A stretch of DNA of 63,420 bases, the filler included, from Collodictyon triciliatum (lineage: Eukaryota), in NCBI GenBank assembly GCA_043381765.1. It is 30 parts of 30 records of this genome, joined end to end, with 100 filler letters (N's around TTAATTAATTAA, not from the genome) between each part and the next. Parts side by side here need not be neighbours in the genome. Positions count along the whole stretch, not along the records: positions 23,350 to 25,367 come from JBHJMP010009711.1; positions 25,468 to 27,485 come from JBHJMP010009712.1; positions 27,586 to 29,602 come from JBHJMP010009713.1; positions 29,703 to 31,716 come from JBHJMP010009714.1; positions 31,817 to 33,833 come from JBHJMP010009715.1; positions 33,934 to 35,949 come from JBHJMP010009716.1; positions 36,050 to 38,065 come from JBHJMP010009717.1; 23 more parts are not named here. One strand, 5' to 3'. Under the pieces are notes generated by a model that did no database searches, was not told the DNA's origin, and saw only the letters and a program-made list of their open reading frames with translations. Below, piece by piece: positions 25,099 to 38,165 of the stretch. The first letter of the stretch is position 1, and each line of letters opens with the position of its first letter. Made by a program: the position numbers and the translations under genes.

Positions 25099-25277
25099 GT
25101 TGCTTTGATTACAGTCATTTTATGTTTGGTTGTGATATTTAGTTTTACCTAGTATTCGCTTCCCTGTTCCTTCCTTCCTTTCTTTCTTTCTTTCTTTTTT
25201 TCTTTCCTTTCCTTCCTTCCTTCCTTCCTTCCTTCCTTCCTTCCTTCCTTCCTTCCTTCCTTCCTTCCTTCCTTCCT

Positions 25278-25365
<88 letters not shown>

Positions 25366-26049
25366 TCNNNNNNNNNNNNNNNNNNNNNNNNNNNNNNNNN
25401 NNNNNNNNNNNTTAATTAATTAANNNNNNNNNNNNNNNNNNNNNNNNNNNNNNNNNNNNNNNNNNNNCACTTACTACGAGCAAATCGACCGATGGTTCTT
25501 CGGACTCGGCAAAGAAAAAGAAATGACGCTCTACCCTCCACTGCCAGAGTCAGACGAGAATGAACCGCTGCCACCCGAAGAGATTGGCAAAACCAACATC
25601 CACAACTTCTACGCCGACGTGTGGAAGAAACGAGACTTTGACCGTGCAACCCTCGACCTGGTAACAAATAACTGCTCCGTGGCGAACGAAAGGGAGGCAG
25701 AATCGGTGCCTTGCCTCATAAATGTACTTCATCGAGCCAGATTTTGATTGGGAATCGCGCAAATAACCATAAACAAGACAACTTCATTTCTCCCAGCATC
25801 AGTTTTCCATGACCGAGTGAAAAGCCTTTGGCTTGGGTTTTAGCACTGTATCTCTCAAAAAATAGAATCATGATGATAAATCGGTAATTCATTCCATATT
25901 TCCAAAAGTGTTTCAGCTTCGGAATATTATATCAAAATCATACGCAACATTCAGAAGGAAAACACAATAAATCAAATAATCAAAGCCAAATCACTTGATA
26001 TCTAAAAGGGGCATATCAGGTTTTTACTCCACGCGATATCTTGTGTTTA

Positions 26050-27330
26050 CGCGAAGACATTCTTGATTGAATTCCCGAGAATTATGGTCGCCTTTGCGTT
26101 AGCGTGGGGCAGCGAAGTGAACACCTAGTTATTCGATGAAAAAGAAAAAAAAGTAGATAAGTGTGTATGAATTTTTGCCATTTCTTTTTTCGTTTTCTTT
26201 GATTATTCTTTCGATGCTCTAGAATTAGATTCTTACCGTGAACGGGGATTGTGGGTGTATGACCAACACGTTTGCCAAGGCACATAAAAATGCCCTCTGA
26301 AGAGACCTGTAAAGTGAGTTAATGTTATCATACCAACATATGTAAATTAATTTTCACTTGACTTAAGAAATAAACTAAAATTAGATATTGATAATGATGA
26401 TAATAATAAAATAAAAATTTAAAAATGTGAATAGTGTGATACCGGAATACAGCATCGGAGGATGATTTCTTTCGCAGAGTCTGGTGATGGACATACACCG
26501 ACCCCATTGAGCCTATGATTAGCGCGTTAATATCTTATTTGCAAAGTAATTCACATGGTGTAAATGGAATCTTATAAATACAGCAATATTTCAAGCATCA
26601 TACTTTGGTGTGTGTGTGTATTTCCTCTCACCTGAAAACATGCCTATCGCGCATGATGCCAGGAACGAGTATCCCATGTTGACACTCAACTCACAACGAC
26701 TCAAGATTGTGCGGGAAGTGTCGATGGCATCCACAAGGAGAATACTTTTATTCGACGCAAAGAACTGTATATAGGGTGGCTTCAAACCCGTTTCGGTCAC
26801 CAACCTTTGTGGTGAGTATGGCGCCGTAGACATCAGCAAAAGTCAGCAAGTAAATAAATAAATACGCAGGAAATTAATAGGTACTAATAATAGAAGAAAT
26901 GAGTAAATGGACATATGAGTAATAAATGAATAATAAATAGATATTGGTCAACATATGCAAACCATGTAAAAGCATAGCATGTCAGAACGTCTGGAGCGAA
27001 CACGCCTGGAGTTCTACCAAGAATCAAGTCGGCCGTGATCGAGCCAGAAAACCCGGTGAAGAAGCATGAAATCGGTCGCAACCATCTCAAACTGGTTTCT
27101 AAGATAAGACAAATAAGATAAACTAAATATATAAAAGTGGCATCAAATATAAGTTGCGATACTTTGATACTTTGAAGCCTGGTAAGAACAGCAGACGTGC
27201 ATGCAGTACAGAAACAGAAAAGCCGAAGGCAATCCAGAGATAATCATGTGGTGCCACTCGGCTGTCATTGGATGCTCTTCCTTCTCCATCTTTTCGCCCT
27301 GGAAATAATGATGACCAAAGGCACCGGGTT
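26050..27330 (-). CDS. Possible TRIC/TMEM38-like membrane protein, multi-exon
   Basis: ISCFFTGFSGSITADLILGRTPGVF..YAFTWLLMSTAP and DTSRTILS..ASCAIGMFSGSMGS resemble the TRIC GG-motif helices. Confidence 0.45.
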
Positions 27331-27366
27331 GACCCCACAGAGAGAATAAACGTACGAGAAAAAGAA

Positions 27367-27485
27367 GGAATAGGAATAGGAATAGGAATAGGAATAGGAA
27401 TAGGAATAGGAATAGGAATAGGAATAGGAATAGGAATAGGAATAGGAATAGGAATAGGAATAGGAATAGGAATAGGAATAGGAAT
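27367..27485. repeat. (GGAATA)n microsatellite
   Basis: Hexamer array at contig end. Confidence 0.95.
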
Positions 27486-27585
27486 NNNNNNNNNNNNNNN
27501 NNNNNNNNNNNNNNNNNNNNNNNNNNNNNTTAATTAATTAANNNNNNNNNNNNNNNNNNNNNNNNNNNNNNNNNNNNNNNNNNNN

Positions 27586-29602
27586 GCCTTTGGTTCTTCA
27601 GCCTTTGGTTCTTCAGCCTTTGGTTCTTCAGCCTTTGGTTCTTCAGCCTTTGGTTCTTCAGCCTTTGGTTCTTCAGCCTTTGGTTCTTCAGCCTTTGGTT
27701 CTTCAGCCTTTGGTTCTTCAGCCTTTGGTTCTTCAGCCTTTGGTTCTTCAGCCTTTGGTTCTTCAGCCTTTGGTTCTTCAGTCTTGGGTTCTTCAGCCTT
27801 GGGTTCGTCGCTTTCGAATGCATCATCATACTTTGGTTCATCGGTCTTTGGTTCTTCGGCCTTTGGTTCTTCAGCCTTTGGTTCATCGGTCTGTGGTTCT
27901 TCAGTCTTTAACTCATCGGTCTGTGGTTCTTCAGTCTTTGGTTCTTCAGTCTTGGGTTCTTCAGTCTTGGGTTCTTCAGCCTTGGGTTCGTCGCTTTCAA
28001 ATGCATCATCATACTTTGGTTCATCGGTCTGTGGTTCTTCAGTCTGTGGTTCTTCAGTCTTTAACTCATCGGTCTGTGGTTCTTCAGTCTTTGGCTCTTC
28101 AGTCTTGGGTTCTTCAGTCTTGGGTTCTTCAGTCTTGGGTTCTTCAGTCTCGGGTTCTTCAGTCTTGGGTTCTTCAGTCTTGGGTTCTTCAGTCTTAGGT
28201 TCTTCAGCCTTGGGTTCTTCGCTTTCAAATGCATCATCATACTTTGGTTCTTCAGTCTGTGGTTCTTCAGTCTGTGGTTCTTCAGTCTGTGGTTCTTCAG
28301 CCTTTGGTTCTTCGGTCTTTAACTCATCAGTCTTGGGTTCTTCAGTCTTGGGTTCTTCAGTCTGCGGTTCTTCAGCCTTTGGTTCTTCGGTCTGTGGTTC
28401 TTCGGTATGTGGTTCTTCGGTATGTGGTTCTTCGGTATGTGGTTCTTCAGTCTTTAACTCATCGGTCTGTGGCTCTTCAGTCTTTGGCTCTTTAATCTTA
28501 GGCTCTTCAGCCTTTGGTTCTTCAGTCTTTAACTCATCGGTCTGTGGTTCTTCAGCCTTTGGTTCTTCAGCCTTTGGTTCTTCGGTCTGTGGTTCTTCGG
28601 TATGTGGTTCTTCAGTCTTTAAATCATCGGTCTGTGGTTCTTCAGTCTTTGGCTCTTTAATCTTAGGCTCTTCAGTCTTTGGTTCTTCAGTCTTAGGTTC
28701 TTCAGTCTGTGGCTCTTCAGTCTGTGGCTCTTCAGTCTTTGGTTCTTCGGTCTGTGGTTCTTCGGTCTGTGGTTCTTCAGCCTTTGGTTCTTCGGTCTTT
28801 GGTTCATCGGTCTGTGGCTCTTCAGTCTGTGGCTCTTCAGCCTTTGGTTCTTCAGTCTGCGGCTCTTCAGTCTGTGGTTCTTCAGTCTGCGGCTCTTCAG
28901 TCTGCGGCTCTTCAGCCTGTGGCTCTTCAGTCTGCGGCTCTTCAGTCTTTGGTTCTTCGGTCTGTGGTTCTTCAGTCTGTAGTTCTTCAATCTTGGGCTC
29001 TTCAGCCTGTGGTTCTTCAGTCTGTAGTTCTTCAATCTTGGGCTCTTCAGCCTGCGGCTCTTCAGTCTGCGGCTCTTCAGTCTGTGGCTCTTCAGTCTTT
29101 GGTTCTTCGGTCTTTGGCTCTTCAGTCTGTGGCTCTTCAGTCTGTGGCTCTTCAGTCTTTGGTTCTTCAGTCTTTGGTTCTTCAGTCTGTGGCTCTTCAG
29201 TCTGCGGCTCTTCAGTCTGTGGTTCTTCGGTCTGTGGTTCTTCAATCTGTGGCTCTTCAGTCTGTGGCTCTTCAGTCTGTGGCTCTTCAGTCTGTGGCTC
29301 TTCAGTCTGTGGTTCTTCAGTCTGTGGTTCTTCAGTCTGTGGTTCTTCAGTCTGTGGTTCTTCAGTCTGTGGCTCTTCAGCCTTTGGTTCTTCAGTCTGT
29401 GGTTCTTCAGTCTGTGGTTCTTCAGTCTGTGGTTCTTCAGTCTGTGGTTCTTCAGTCTGTGGTTCTTCAGTCTGTGGCTCTTCAGTCTGTGGCTCTTCAG
29501 TCTGTGGCTCTTCAGTCTGTGGCTCTTCAGTCTGTGGTTCTTCAGTCTGTGGCTCTTCAGTCTGTGGCTCTTCAGTCTGTGGTTCTTCAGTCTGTGGCTC
29601 TT
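27586..29602 (-). CDS. Pentapeptide tandem-repeat protein (EEPQT/EEPKT/EEPKA)n, internal fragment
   Basis: The whole contig is a degenerate 15-bp array with about 670 stop-free codons in the EEPxT frame. Three in-frame EPKYDDAFES inserts. Confidence 0.7.
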
Positions 29603-29702
29603 NNNNNNNNNNNNNNNNNNNNNNNNNNNNNNNNNNNNNNNNNNNNTTAATTAATTAANNNNNNNNNNNNNNNNNNNNNNNNNNNNNNNNNNNNNNNNNN
29701 NN

Positions 29703-30768
29703 GACAGAAAGCGAATAATCACGTCGGGGACGGCACAGGCTTCGGTCTATGAAGACAGAGTCATGAATCCAACAAGTGTCGTCACACAAGGAAGCTTCGT
29801 ATATGTTCTTCCCTTCGAAGACATCGTCGGAAAGAATTGTAAGTTGTCTCTGTGCGCCCACCCTAAATTGCACATAATATTCAATTATTTTACCATAACA
29901 TCAAATATAGTTTTCTATTTTATTTTTATTTATTTATTCAAGTTCTTTTTTTTAATAAAAATGATTATGAAATGGAACTGTTCACCTGATTGTATGGCAT
30001 TTTTACAAATTAGACGAAGAGAAATGTGTCGCATTCAACGGGAATTACAACACCAAGGACTGCAAGACCGCCCATCGCGACTCTGAAAAAGTGACCTGCT
30101 CTTGCCAAAAGGTATGAAGCACCTCAAAGTATAAATGAATTCTGCATGGCGAATAAAAATCATTTGTGTTCAGTCTTCTTACATCTCATTTGGTTCTTTT
30201 TTTTCTTCTCCTTTTCCTCTATTGTTAAACTGAAATGAAACAAATTGTACACATTTGCAATTTTTACACAGTCCATCGATGTTGCCGTGGCATCCTCAGC
30301 AAAGAAAGATGACGATGTGAACCTGGCAGCCATTGTCGCACCGTCAGTCATCGGCGGTGTATTGCTGCTCGCAGGACTTATATTTGCGTGAGTTTTTTTT
30401 TCCACCTTTTGTCTGCACTATTTTCTTTTTCTTTTTCTTTTTCTTTTTCAATATCGACATGTAAGACAACCATGTGGACGCATATTGCATTTCTTTCTTG
30501 CTTCAAAATGGCGTTGCTCTCTGCGATTGAGTTCTCGCATATGCTCACTTATCTGTCTTCTGACCGGCGATTACCACCCACCATCCTTGAGCCTAATCAA
30601 CACGATACATACAGTGCATACCGATACAACAAGGGGCCGGCAGTCGTCACCGGACCTCAGTTCTCCCTGACCCCTGGCACATTTGCTTTCTTCAATCCCG
30701 ACGTCGAGGAAGGAGCTCAGTGGGGTGTCATTGTCCCCAAGTATCGCGAAGACAACCACATAGTCTAG
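29703..30768 (+). CDS. Single-pass membrane protein with GPS-like Cys motif, 3' exons
   Basis: Exons 29703-29838, 30014-30111, 30272-30387 and 30615-30768 give KCVAFNGNYNTKDCKTAHRDSEKVTCSCQKSIDVAV, a TM segment LAAIVAPSVIGGVLLLAGLIFAAY and a short tail. Confidence 0.65.
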
Positions 30769-31172
30769 CCCGTTTTTGCCTTCATCCAGCGTATGCTGCA
30801 GCAGAAACACCCATTCAAACACAGACACATCCACACACCACCAAAAAAAGAAAAAGATAAAAGGAAAAAAAAGGGTATATTCGAATTCGAAACGGAGAAT
30901 ACGAATGAATAAGAATATTGACGCAATGCACTTAAGTTATCATCTCTCCCCCTTCTCTACCACCCTTTTCTGCCCACCCCACCCTTCCCTTCCCTTTTCT
31001 GATTGCAAGGCTTCTAACACCCATTCCTTGCATTTCGTGATTTCATCGTGAAAACCTTAAATGAACGAGACACGAAGTCATTCGTCCAATCTCTTCCCCA
31101 CAGCAAGAACAGCCAGAATAAAAGAACAGAAAGAAACGAAAAAGATAAAAACTGCCCGCTCGTGTAACCAAA

Positions 31173-31625
31173 ATGAAAGCAAAATATTTTCCTATAATTT
31201 CCTTTCTCTTTATCGTGCTCTCGTGTTCTGGGTTTGTATTCGCCACATCCACAAAAACCCATACGTCGCCGGCACTCGGCTCTTTTTCACTTCTCTTCTC
31301 AGTCCAATATAGGAGGGGGAGAGAAGAGGGTCACTTGGCCAGGCCGGATTGGTACTGCGCAGGCACTTTTGTATATCCCTTGGGGAGATATCGAAGTCTT
31401 TCGTTGATGCAGCCTGTGATGAAGCGCCAACAGCAGGCAAAGTTAGATACTGAGAGTTTCAAAGGTGAATCGTATCGGGCGTTGTTTGGCAATGAAGTAT
31501 ACCCAAATATGTGTGGAGGTTTCCGTGGATGGGCTGCACAATCACCGGCCCGTTGTTATATATCAAGTCAAAACCTCCTACATGCAGCTCGGTTCCTTGC
31601 AGCCTGTACGGTGCAAAACTATGGT
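31173..31625 (+). CDS. Hypothetical secreted protein, 5' part
   Basis: Signal-peptide-like MKAKYFPIISFLFIVLSCSGFVFA followed by an open frame. Confidence 0.35.
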
Positions 31626-31635
31626 TCGGAAAGAG

Positions 31636-31716
<81 letters not shown>

Positions 31717-31827
31717 NNNNNNNNNNNNNNNNNNNNNNNNNNNNNNNNNNNNNNNNNNNNTTAATTAATTAANNNNNNNNNNNNNNNNNNNNNNNNNNNN
31801 NNNNNNNNNNNNNNNNAACGATATTAC

Positions 31828-32090
31828 TTTTTTTCGGCATTTGCAAAGAACTCGTCTCTTTCTCTTTGCATGTCTCGAAATGTGGAGGACATGAAGATTC
31901 TCAAGACTCTGGAGTCATAGACAGTTGCCCATCTATCTTCGCCATCAGAATAAACTGCGCCTGTAATCAAGCCTCTGCGGATTTTCTCATCGGCTGGTGC
32001 GGGTTCTCGGGTTGGCTCCGTCCGTTTCTGGTCTTCAGATTCTTGCTGGTTGGCGGCGTCAGATTGTCTGCTTGATGATGGCTCGGACAT
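31828..32090 (-). CDS. DUF4062-domain protein paralogue, first exon
   Basis: RVLRIFMSSTFRDMQRERDEFF followed by a GT donor. Confidence 0.8.
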
Positions 32091-33058
32091 CTTCCTTTTG
32101 ATATAATGCGATTAATACATCGGATTAAGAACTGTCTAGTGATATACTAAAATCGTATGGTATTCTCTCTGTTTGACCGCCTCGGTTGATTCAATACGAT
32201 TAATCGACTCATTATATCTCCTCCTATTTTATATTTTCATGATTACCGCAGTCTTATTTATTGACAGAATTTCTCGAATAAATATATTTGGTTGATATAA
32301 CAGTGAGGGATAAACCTCTACTTTTGGTTACATTATGTTATTCAACGATAAAATGATGAATCTTTAACAAAGTCTATATTTAAAAGTAAAAATAAGTAAA
32401 AAAAAATGTGTGAATCATGAAAGATGTAGCCTTTTGATGCAAAGTAGTTGCTTTTAGATTATGCATTATACTATATTTAAAAAAATTATCTGGAAACAAA
32501 GAAATCACAAGTCTAGATAATTTCAACTCATTAGCAAAATCGTGCTTGAATGTTCCTGATGAAAAATTTATTATTCTCATTTTATTAAACAATCATTAAT
32601 ACAAAAAATGCATCTCAAATAACCCAGGCTGAGGCCAAAGCGAAAGGCTTATACATTCCGCTGCATTCGTACTTAACCTCCAAGGAACGGCATCAACCTA
32701 TAAATGGAACAGCCTTTTTAGTGATAACCTTTCCGTAATTGCGAATTGTAAATAATTGGAAGTCATAATCTGAGCTGAAAGGAAACAGGCGCATATACTA
32801 CATATATTATGAATACTTACAAATGAAAATGTCGATTGTATTAATCATGAGACTTGGTTCATGATAATTCGGTAGATTTTGGAAATGATTCGACAAATCT
32901 GCACATTTGTTGCATCTATTCAGATTAAATCAATATGATATATAATATTTGCCTTGTATGAATGCGGGTCAAGTGAAAAAAAGTGAAAATATAAAGTTGG
33001 CATTCTAATTGTTTAACATATGATAGAGAATGGGTGACTTCATGACCCATAGAATAGT

Positions 33059-33833
33059 CTAACTTTCAATACAAGCACGCCCGCGCCTGATGGAAAACAC
33101 GAGCCGAGACGGGGAGATCAGCGCAAGCCGCGACCCGTCGAAGGCTTTGCAAGTTGCAGCCAGTTCTTCTGGTTCCAAAGTTGGCGCGGAAAACCCCGAG
33201 TTGCACGTAAGTCTAGGAAGACCCGTGCAAGGAAGCCGCCTGCAAGTCTGTCTTGGTGGACAGTATTTTTGCACGGGGTCGAGCAAGTCGTTGACAACAG
33301 GAACAAGGCCCGCAGGCTAACAGATGCGCTCGCCTCCTTCTTGAAAGCGAACAAACTTTGGGAAGAGTCCGTCCAACTGCGCTTACCGGACAGCGAAGGC
33401 TTTTGCCTGATTTCCTTCCGCACTGCAGAAAACGCCCGAAAGCTTCTAAAGTTGAAGCAGGTAAGTCTGAGCGACATTCGAGCAGCTTCAGTAGAAGTAG
33501 ACCAACAGATACCTTGGTGATGATCTACCAACTACCGCTGGACGCGTGGCCGCAACTCCTTCGTGAGGAGCTGAAGCCGTTCAGACCGACCCACGTGGAG
33601 ATCAAAAAGGACAAAGGTTTCTTCACAGACACGGCCGTGGTGAGGCTTCTTTGTCACAAGAACCAGCTCCCTGCAAAGTTTACGGTCATGGGTAAGAAGT
33701 GTCCAAAGCGCATCCTCAAAGAGCGTCCGCCAGACGCGAACAACGAACGACAAGTAAAAGCCCCGCAAAAGAATACACCTGCCAAGCAGACAAGCAGCAA
33801 CGGGGTCAAGGAAGCCAAGGCCAGGCAACAACT
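33059..33833 (+). mobile_element. Non-LTR retrotransposon (LINE) 5' end with frameshifted ORF1
   Basis: GC step at about 33060. Three overlapping frames join into two RRM-like blocks (GFCLISFRTAENARKLL; VMIYQLPLDAWPQLLREELKPF..GFFTDTAVVRL..LPAKFTVMG) plus a basic tail. Shifts at about 33265 and 33505. Confidence 0.65.
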
Positions 33834-33933
33834 NNNNNNNNNNNNNNNNNNNNNNNNNNNNNNNNNNNNNNNNNNNNTTAATTAATTAANNNNNNNNNNN
33901 NNNNNNNNNNNNNNNNNNNNNNNNNNNNNNNNN

Positions 33934-34446
33934 ACAACAAAAGACAACAAAAGACAACAAAAGACAACAAAAGACAACAAAAGACAACAAAAGACAACAA
34001 AAGACAACAAAAGACAACAAAAGACAACAAAAGGCACAAAAGACACTAGAAAGACACTAAAAAAGACACTAAAAAAGACACTAAAAAAGACACTAAAAAA
34101 GACACTAAAAAAGACACTAAAAAAGACACTAAAAAAGAAACCAAAATAGATACCAAAAAAGAAACCAAAAAAGAAACCAAAAAAGAAACCAAAAAAGAAA
34201 CCAAAAAGAAATTAAAAAACATCATAAAAAGAGAATAAAAAGAGAATAAAAACATCATAAAAAGAGAACAAAAAGACACTAAAAAAGACACTAAAAAAGA
34301 CACTAAAAAAGACACTAAAAAAGACACTAAAAAAGAAACCAAAAAGAAATTAAAAAAACATCATAAAAAGAGAATAAAAAGAGAATAAAAAGAGAATAAA
34401 AAGAGAATAAAAAGAGAATAAAAAGAGAATAAAAAGAGAATAAAAA
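33934..34446. repeat. Compound minisatellite (ACAACAAAAG / AAAAAAGACACT / AAAAAGAGAAT units)
   Basis: Successive 10-12 bp tandem arrays. Confidence 0.9.
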
Positions 34447-34870
34447 TACTTCAAAATTAAACATAATAAATTGAGAAAAAAAGCGACAAACAAAAGTCCT
34501 ATTAATTCGATAACTCGCAGATCATAGTCGAAGGAAAAAAATTAAACTGTTTAGGGCCAATAGGTCGATATATGCCACTAAATATGTTGAATAAGAGAAA
34601 AAAGAATTCTGTTAAAAAAATATTACGATTTTGTTGACCTCGTTAATGAGACTTTGGGGTGGCAAAATTCCTAAATGATACATAATTATTAAAAAGAGGG
34701 TCTTAAATATTGAATCATATGCAGATAATTAAATTATAAATGCCAAGTAAGAGTCGCACTGGCTATCTATTTACAGAGCCACTCTCGTTGATATTATCAG
34801 ACATCTTATGCAACCGATAAAATAGTAATTTTCTATACTACATACAAAAATTAGGATTTTTTTTTTAAAA

Positions 34871-35813
34871 ATGTTCGCCCCTGAAACAAGCAACGAGGCC
34901 AACGCCAGCATAATCACAACGAACGAAGTTACTAGATCTATAATCACCATTTGATACAAGAAACAAAATGTTGCTTCGATTACTTACGCCAGTCACCAAT
35001 TTAGGCTGTCCTCGAATGGGTGAGTTATCATCTTGCTAAAATCGAGCTCAAAGCAAGAAACATCTGTGACGACTTTGCAGATGGGTTCTTTTTGGCCATA
35101 TTGATAGAGATGATCACAGGAAAGTCCTTGGGAATCTACCATTCTCGTTTACTGGCGTAATATTTGGTTGCAATTTCATTTCTTCATTCCTTTAAAGCGT
35201 TTCACAGATATTGTTATTCACTCATTTACTCACTAGCGACAAACCCATCGACGAGAAGGGGTTAGTTGAAGAGAACCAAAAACTGATTGTTGATTGGTTT
35301 CTGAAACTGAATGTGCGCCATGAGACTGTTGCCACTGGATTAAATTATACTGGTTCTTCACTTTATTTATTTCCTTTCTTTTCTACAACTATTCAGTGAT
35401 TCACTCAGTTATTGTTTGATGGGATAAACTATCTTCAACATTTATGGATGATTATTAATTTTTAAAGATTTGGTGAGTGCAATTATCTGGTATCTTGTTG
35501 GACAAAGCGTTGGCCATATGGGAAGCCTTAGAGTAACAATACTATCTCTTTTTATTTCAACTATTCGGATGTATTTTAAAATTACATTATTTTGATAAAA
35601 AAAGAGACCATGCTTAAATTACAGAAAAAATGTCACGAGAGATATGATATTGCAAAGGAGCTTTATGATAGAGCGAAAGCCCCGTTTCCATTTCATGGTA
35701 TGATTAAACTTTACATTTTGTTATTTATTTAAATAATATATACATAAACTAAAATGTAAACTAAATTCTTGCAGGTTTCGGTCTTGAGGAGAAAGGGTCC
35801 GTTGTGTTCATAC
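34871..35813 (+). CDS. Calponin-homology (CH) domain protein, 5' exons
   Basis: Exon from 35005 reads AVLEWVSYHLAKIELKARNICDDFADGFFLAILIEMITGKSLG. Later exons read EENQKLIVDWF and DLVSAIIWYL. Confidence 0.7.
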
Positions 35814-36061
35814 GTACTTGCATCCTTCTTGATAAAGTGCTCAAAGAAACATTTTAGAATACATACAAAAGATAAAAGACAAAACAAAAAAAAACAAAAA
35901 ACAAAAAACAAAAAACAAAAAACAAAAAACAAAAAGCAAAAAAAAGCAANNNNNNNNNNNNNNNNNNNNNNNNNNNNNNNNNNNNNNNNNNNNTTAATTA
36001 ATTAANNNNNNNNNNNNNNNNNNNNNNNNNNNNNNNNNNNNNNNNNNNNTTTATTGATCAG

Positions 36062-36152
36062 AACACAAGAATGTTGCTGAGAGTTATAGATACATCGGAA
36101 ATACATATAGTTCTTTAGGAAAGTATGTGAATTGTGTTTATACACATCAGTC

Positions 36153-36241
<89 letters not shown>

Positions 36242-37912
36242 TTATTATTATCATCATCATCTTGTTTTTCCCAATATGCATAAGCCATGTTCATATCACG
36301 TAGAAATGAATTTCTTTTTCTGATAACTAAGGTAGATGTTTTAGTTGCGAGTCCCCCTCCTTAATTTTATATATCATCAAACACAATGAAGCAATGCATT
36401 ATATTTGTTAATATCAGACTCGAGCTATCATTGGAGTATCACCACCTTTCGCTGAATATTTCTTTGGCACTGTTTGGAGACCGCCACCCCATCGTAGCCA
36501 TGTGCCACAACAATATTGGAAATGTCTGCAACATTATAAACAAGTATGCAGTATTTGACCTCTTTGAGTATATACGTATTTTCTTCTTATTTTTCGTCTT
36601 TTTCTTCATAATTTGAAAATATGTTATTGTAGTATGTATATTAAAAAAATATGGTTGCAGCATATTATTGAGATTACGGTGGCTCGCTATGCCGGGCTTG
36701 TATAAAGCTTTTATTCGCGATATTATGTTCGAGATAACACTGTGATATTCTTCTTTCAGATTCGAAGAAGCACTCCAACACCATCATACTGCATTAAGCA
36801 TCCGCTTATTGAATTTTGGTGAGGACCACACTGATGTATCCAACTCGTACAACAATTTGGGGAATGTCTACAACAGTCTGCGAAAGTAAAATTCATGATT
36901 ATTGGCCCACCCTTGAATGACTCCGCCGTTATTTTTGTCATGATTAATGTTTCTCAACGTGCTGCCATCGTACTTCTCTTTATGTATCTTTGTTTTATGC
37001 CACGTACAAAGCAGTGTTAGAAGAACGGATAAGAATATATGTTCTCCCAAAAAGGGGTTCGATGTGTAAGGCCATAAAAAAAAATATATGTTTATCATCG
37101 AATATTTAGGTCGAAAGAAGCTCTCAACTACTTCCAAAAGGGGCTGCATATTCGCCTCAAGTCTTTTGGAGAAATGCACCAAGATGTAGCCTGCTCGTAC
37201 AACAATATTGGTGGGGTCTACAGAACCCTTCAAAAGTGTGTCCAAATCAACTCTTGCACCATGTGATTCATATCCCTAAGCCCTTCTTGATGTATTTGTA
37301 AATCACAATAAATCGTACAGGCCGAATGAAGCGCTGGCATACTTTGAGAAGTCTTTGGCTATTCGACTCCAACTTTTTGGTGAAATTCACAGGGATACAG
37401 CAAGCTCTTACAACAACATTGGGGCTGTCCTAAAGAACTTGCACCGGTGAGTCGTTTAATTTCGGCGTGATGTCCGTCTTTTTTTTCTGGTTCTTTTGTT
37501 GCTCCTTCTTGTCCTTTACATAACTGACCTTGTCCATTACTTGAAACATGTATATATTGTGGCCATCTTATTGATCTTTTGTTTCATGCCGCTTATTGAA
37601 ATCCATGCAATTTCTGCGGTACTGTTTGCATGTGCCACAAATATCTTCGATGATAGGAAAAAAGAGGCTCTCGAGTACTTCCAAAAGTCTTTGACCATTC
37701 GCCAAAAGCTCTTTGGAGGGGAACATACACAGGTAGCGCGCACAATCTTCAACATCGGCACACTGCATGAGAGTGAGAAGGAGTTTGAACTTGCTCTAGA
37801 GATGTTTGCCAAGGCAAAAGCTATATATCTGGCAATATCTGGCCCTGAAAACCCAGAACTTTCGGTCATTGACCAAAGAGTGTCAAAGATTCTTTTGCAA
37901 ACGAGCAAATAA
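36062..37912 (+). CDS. TPR-repeat protein (42-aa kinesin-light-chain/NPHP3-type repeats), 3' exons
   Basis: Exons 36418-36543, 36760-36885, 37110-37235, 37321-37446 and 37657-37912. Repeated EAL.YF.KSL.IR...FGE.H.DVA.SYNNIG.VY. Confidence 0.93.
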
Positions 37913-38165
37913 ATCTTTCTTGGCATCGCCCCATTATGTCTCGAACTCGTTTTGATTTTATGGTTTTTATGGTTTTTATGGTTTTTATGGTTTTTATGGT
38001 TTTTATGGTTTTTATGGTTTTTATGGTTTTTATGGTTTTTATGGTTTTTATGGTTTTTATGGTTTNNNNNNNNNNNNNNNNNNNNNNNNNNNNNNNNNNN
38101 NNNNNNNNNTTAATTAATTAANNNNNNNNNNNNNNNNNNNNNNNNNNNNNNNNNNNNNNNNNNNN

